Assembly: GCA_963830915.1 (NCBI GenBank)
Contig: CAWHOE010000013.1
Span: 1-15,444 of the forward strand
From: a candidate division FCPU426 bacterium
GTDB lineage: Bacteria > Oederibacteriota > Muellerivitia > Muellerivitales > Muellerivitaceae
Direction: 5' to 3'
DNA: 15,444 nt
The notes below the pieces were generated by a model. It was not told the origin of the DNA. It searched no databases and was given only the letters and a program-made list of their open reading frames with translations. Shown here piece by piece: positions 14,403-15,444 of the stretch (the first letter of the stretch is position 1; each line of letters opens with the position of its first letter). A program made the translations under genes and the position numbers.

Positions 14403-15444
14403 ACCTTCCCAAGCTCGCCATCGATCGTCCGGTCTTCATGAGCTGTGTGGTCATCCTCATCATGGTATTGGGGATCATGGGATACATGTCGCTGGGCGTG
14501 GATCTTTTCCCCGACGTCAGTTTCCCCTTCGTGTTCGTGACCGTGCCCTATCAGGGCGCCAGCCCGGAAGAGATAGAAACCCAGATATCCAAACCTATGG
14601 AGGACGAGTTGAGCTCCCTCCAGGGCGTCAAGAAAGTATCCTCCTCCAACCAGGAAGGTTTCGCGGTCATCTGGGTGCAGTTCACCCTGGAGACCGACGC
14701 CAAGGACGCCGAACAGCAGGTGCGCGATCGGGTGGCCTTCGTCCGTCCGCAGTTGCCCAAGGGAGTGGATGAGCCCATCATCCGCCGATTCGACCCGACC
14801 GACCAGGCGGTGGCCATCCTCAGCCTCCAGGCTCCGGGCTTGTCCGCGGCCGACATCTACGACCTGGCGGATCAATACGTCAAACCCCGTCTGGCGGAAG
14901 TGCCGGGTGTGGGTGTGGTCAATATCATCGGCGGGCATAAACGCGAGATCCAGGTGCAGCTGGACCGAGGTCTCTTGAACCGCTACCGCATCAGCGCGGG
15001 CCAGGTGGCGGACAAGATAGGCCTGAACGGCATGAATGTGCCGGTCGGCAAGGTGGATCTGGGAGCCCATGAATTGTTGTTCCGTTCGGTGGGCGAGTAT
15101 AACGACCTGGAACGCATCAAGCGAACTCCCGTCAATTTCTTCGGGTCCGACGTGTCGGTGACCGTGGACAAACTGGGGAACGTGGTCGACACGGTGGCGG
15201 ACGCCGACAGTTACAGCTTCCTCAACGGCAAGCCCACGTTGGTACTCCAGGTCTACAAGCAATCCAAAGCCAACACCGTATCGGTGGTGGATGGGGCCTT
15301 GAAACAAATGGACAAGATCAACCAGTTCCTCAAGACCAGGCCGGGCGCGCCTGAGCTTTCCGTCATCCAGGAAATGGCCAGACCCGTGCGGATGAACCTG
15401 ACCGACGTGAAATACACCATCATCCAGGGTATCTTCCTCACCAT
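14399..15444 (+). CDS. RND efflux permease, AcrB/AcrD/AcrF family (3'-truncated)
   Basis: Absent from the ORF track because there is no stop in the window. GTG at 14399 overlaps the TolC TGA (GTGA) and reads MNLPKLAIDRPVFMSCVVILIMVLGIMGYMSLGVDLFPDVSFP...YQGASPEEIE. Confidence 0.95.
   Translation, partial: MNLPKLAIDRPVFMSCVVILIMVLGIMGYMSLGVDLFPDVSFPFVFVTVPYQGASPEEIETQISKPMEDELSSLQGVKKVSSSNQEGFAVIWVQFTLETDAKDAEQQVRDRVAFVRPQLPKGVDEPIIRRFDPTDQAVAILSLQAPGLSAADIYDLADQYVKPRLAEVPGVGVVNIIGGHKREIQVQLDRGLLNRYRISAGQVADKIGLNGMNVPVGKVDLGAHELLFRSVGEYNDLERIKRTPVNFFGSDVSVTVDKLGNVVDTVADADSYSFLNGKPTLVLQVYKQSKANTVSVVDGALKQMDKINQFLKTRPGAPELSVIQEMARPVRMNLTDVKYTIIQGIFLT

Overview
A GC-rich, diderm-type bacterial chromosomal segment in three blocks. 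(1) On the + strand, a glycine-cleavage/lipoate cluster: 5'-truncated gcvT, a ~250-bp non-coding array of 12 phased palindromes, a CYTH-family gene, gcvH, a 908-aa glycine dehydrogenase that looks like a fusion of split-type GcvPA and GcvPB, lipA, and a 112-aa ORF resembling a catalytically dead RAYT/IS200-type HUH transposase that overlaps the lipA stop. (2) On the - strand, converging on block 1: two small secreted Ala/Pro/Thr-rich proteins, an orphan FecR-domain protein and a TPAT-type TRAP transporter (TatT lipoprotein, DctP, fused DctQM). (3) On the + strand, a TetR-TolC-RND efflux operon running off the 3' end. The most unusual items are the palindrome array with its 43-bp higher-order repeat, the dead RAYT-like gene and the GcvPA/PB fusion. 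All family calls come from motif recognition by eye; no database search was run.
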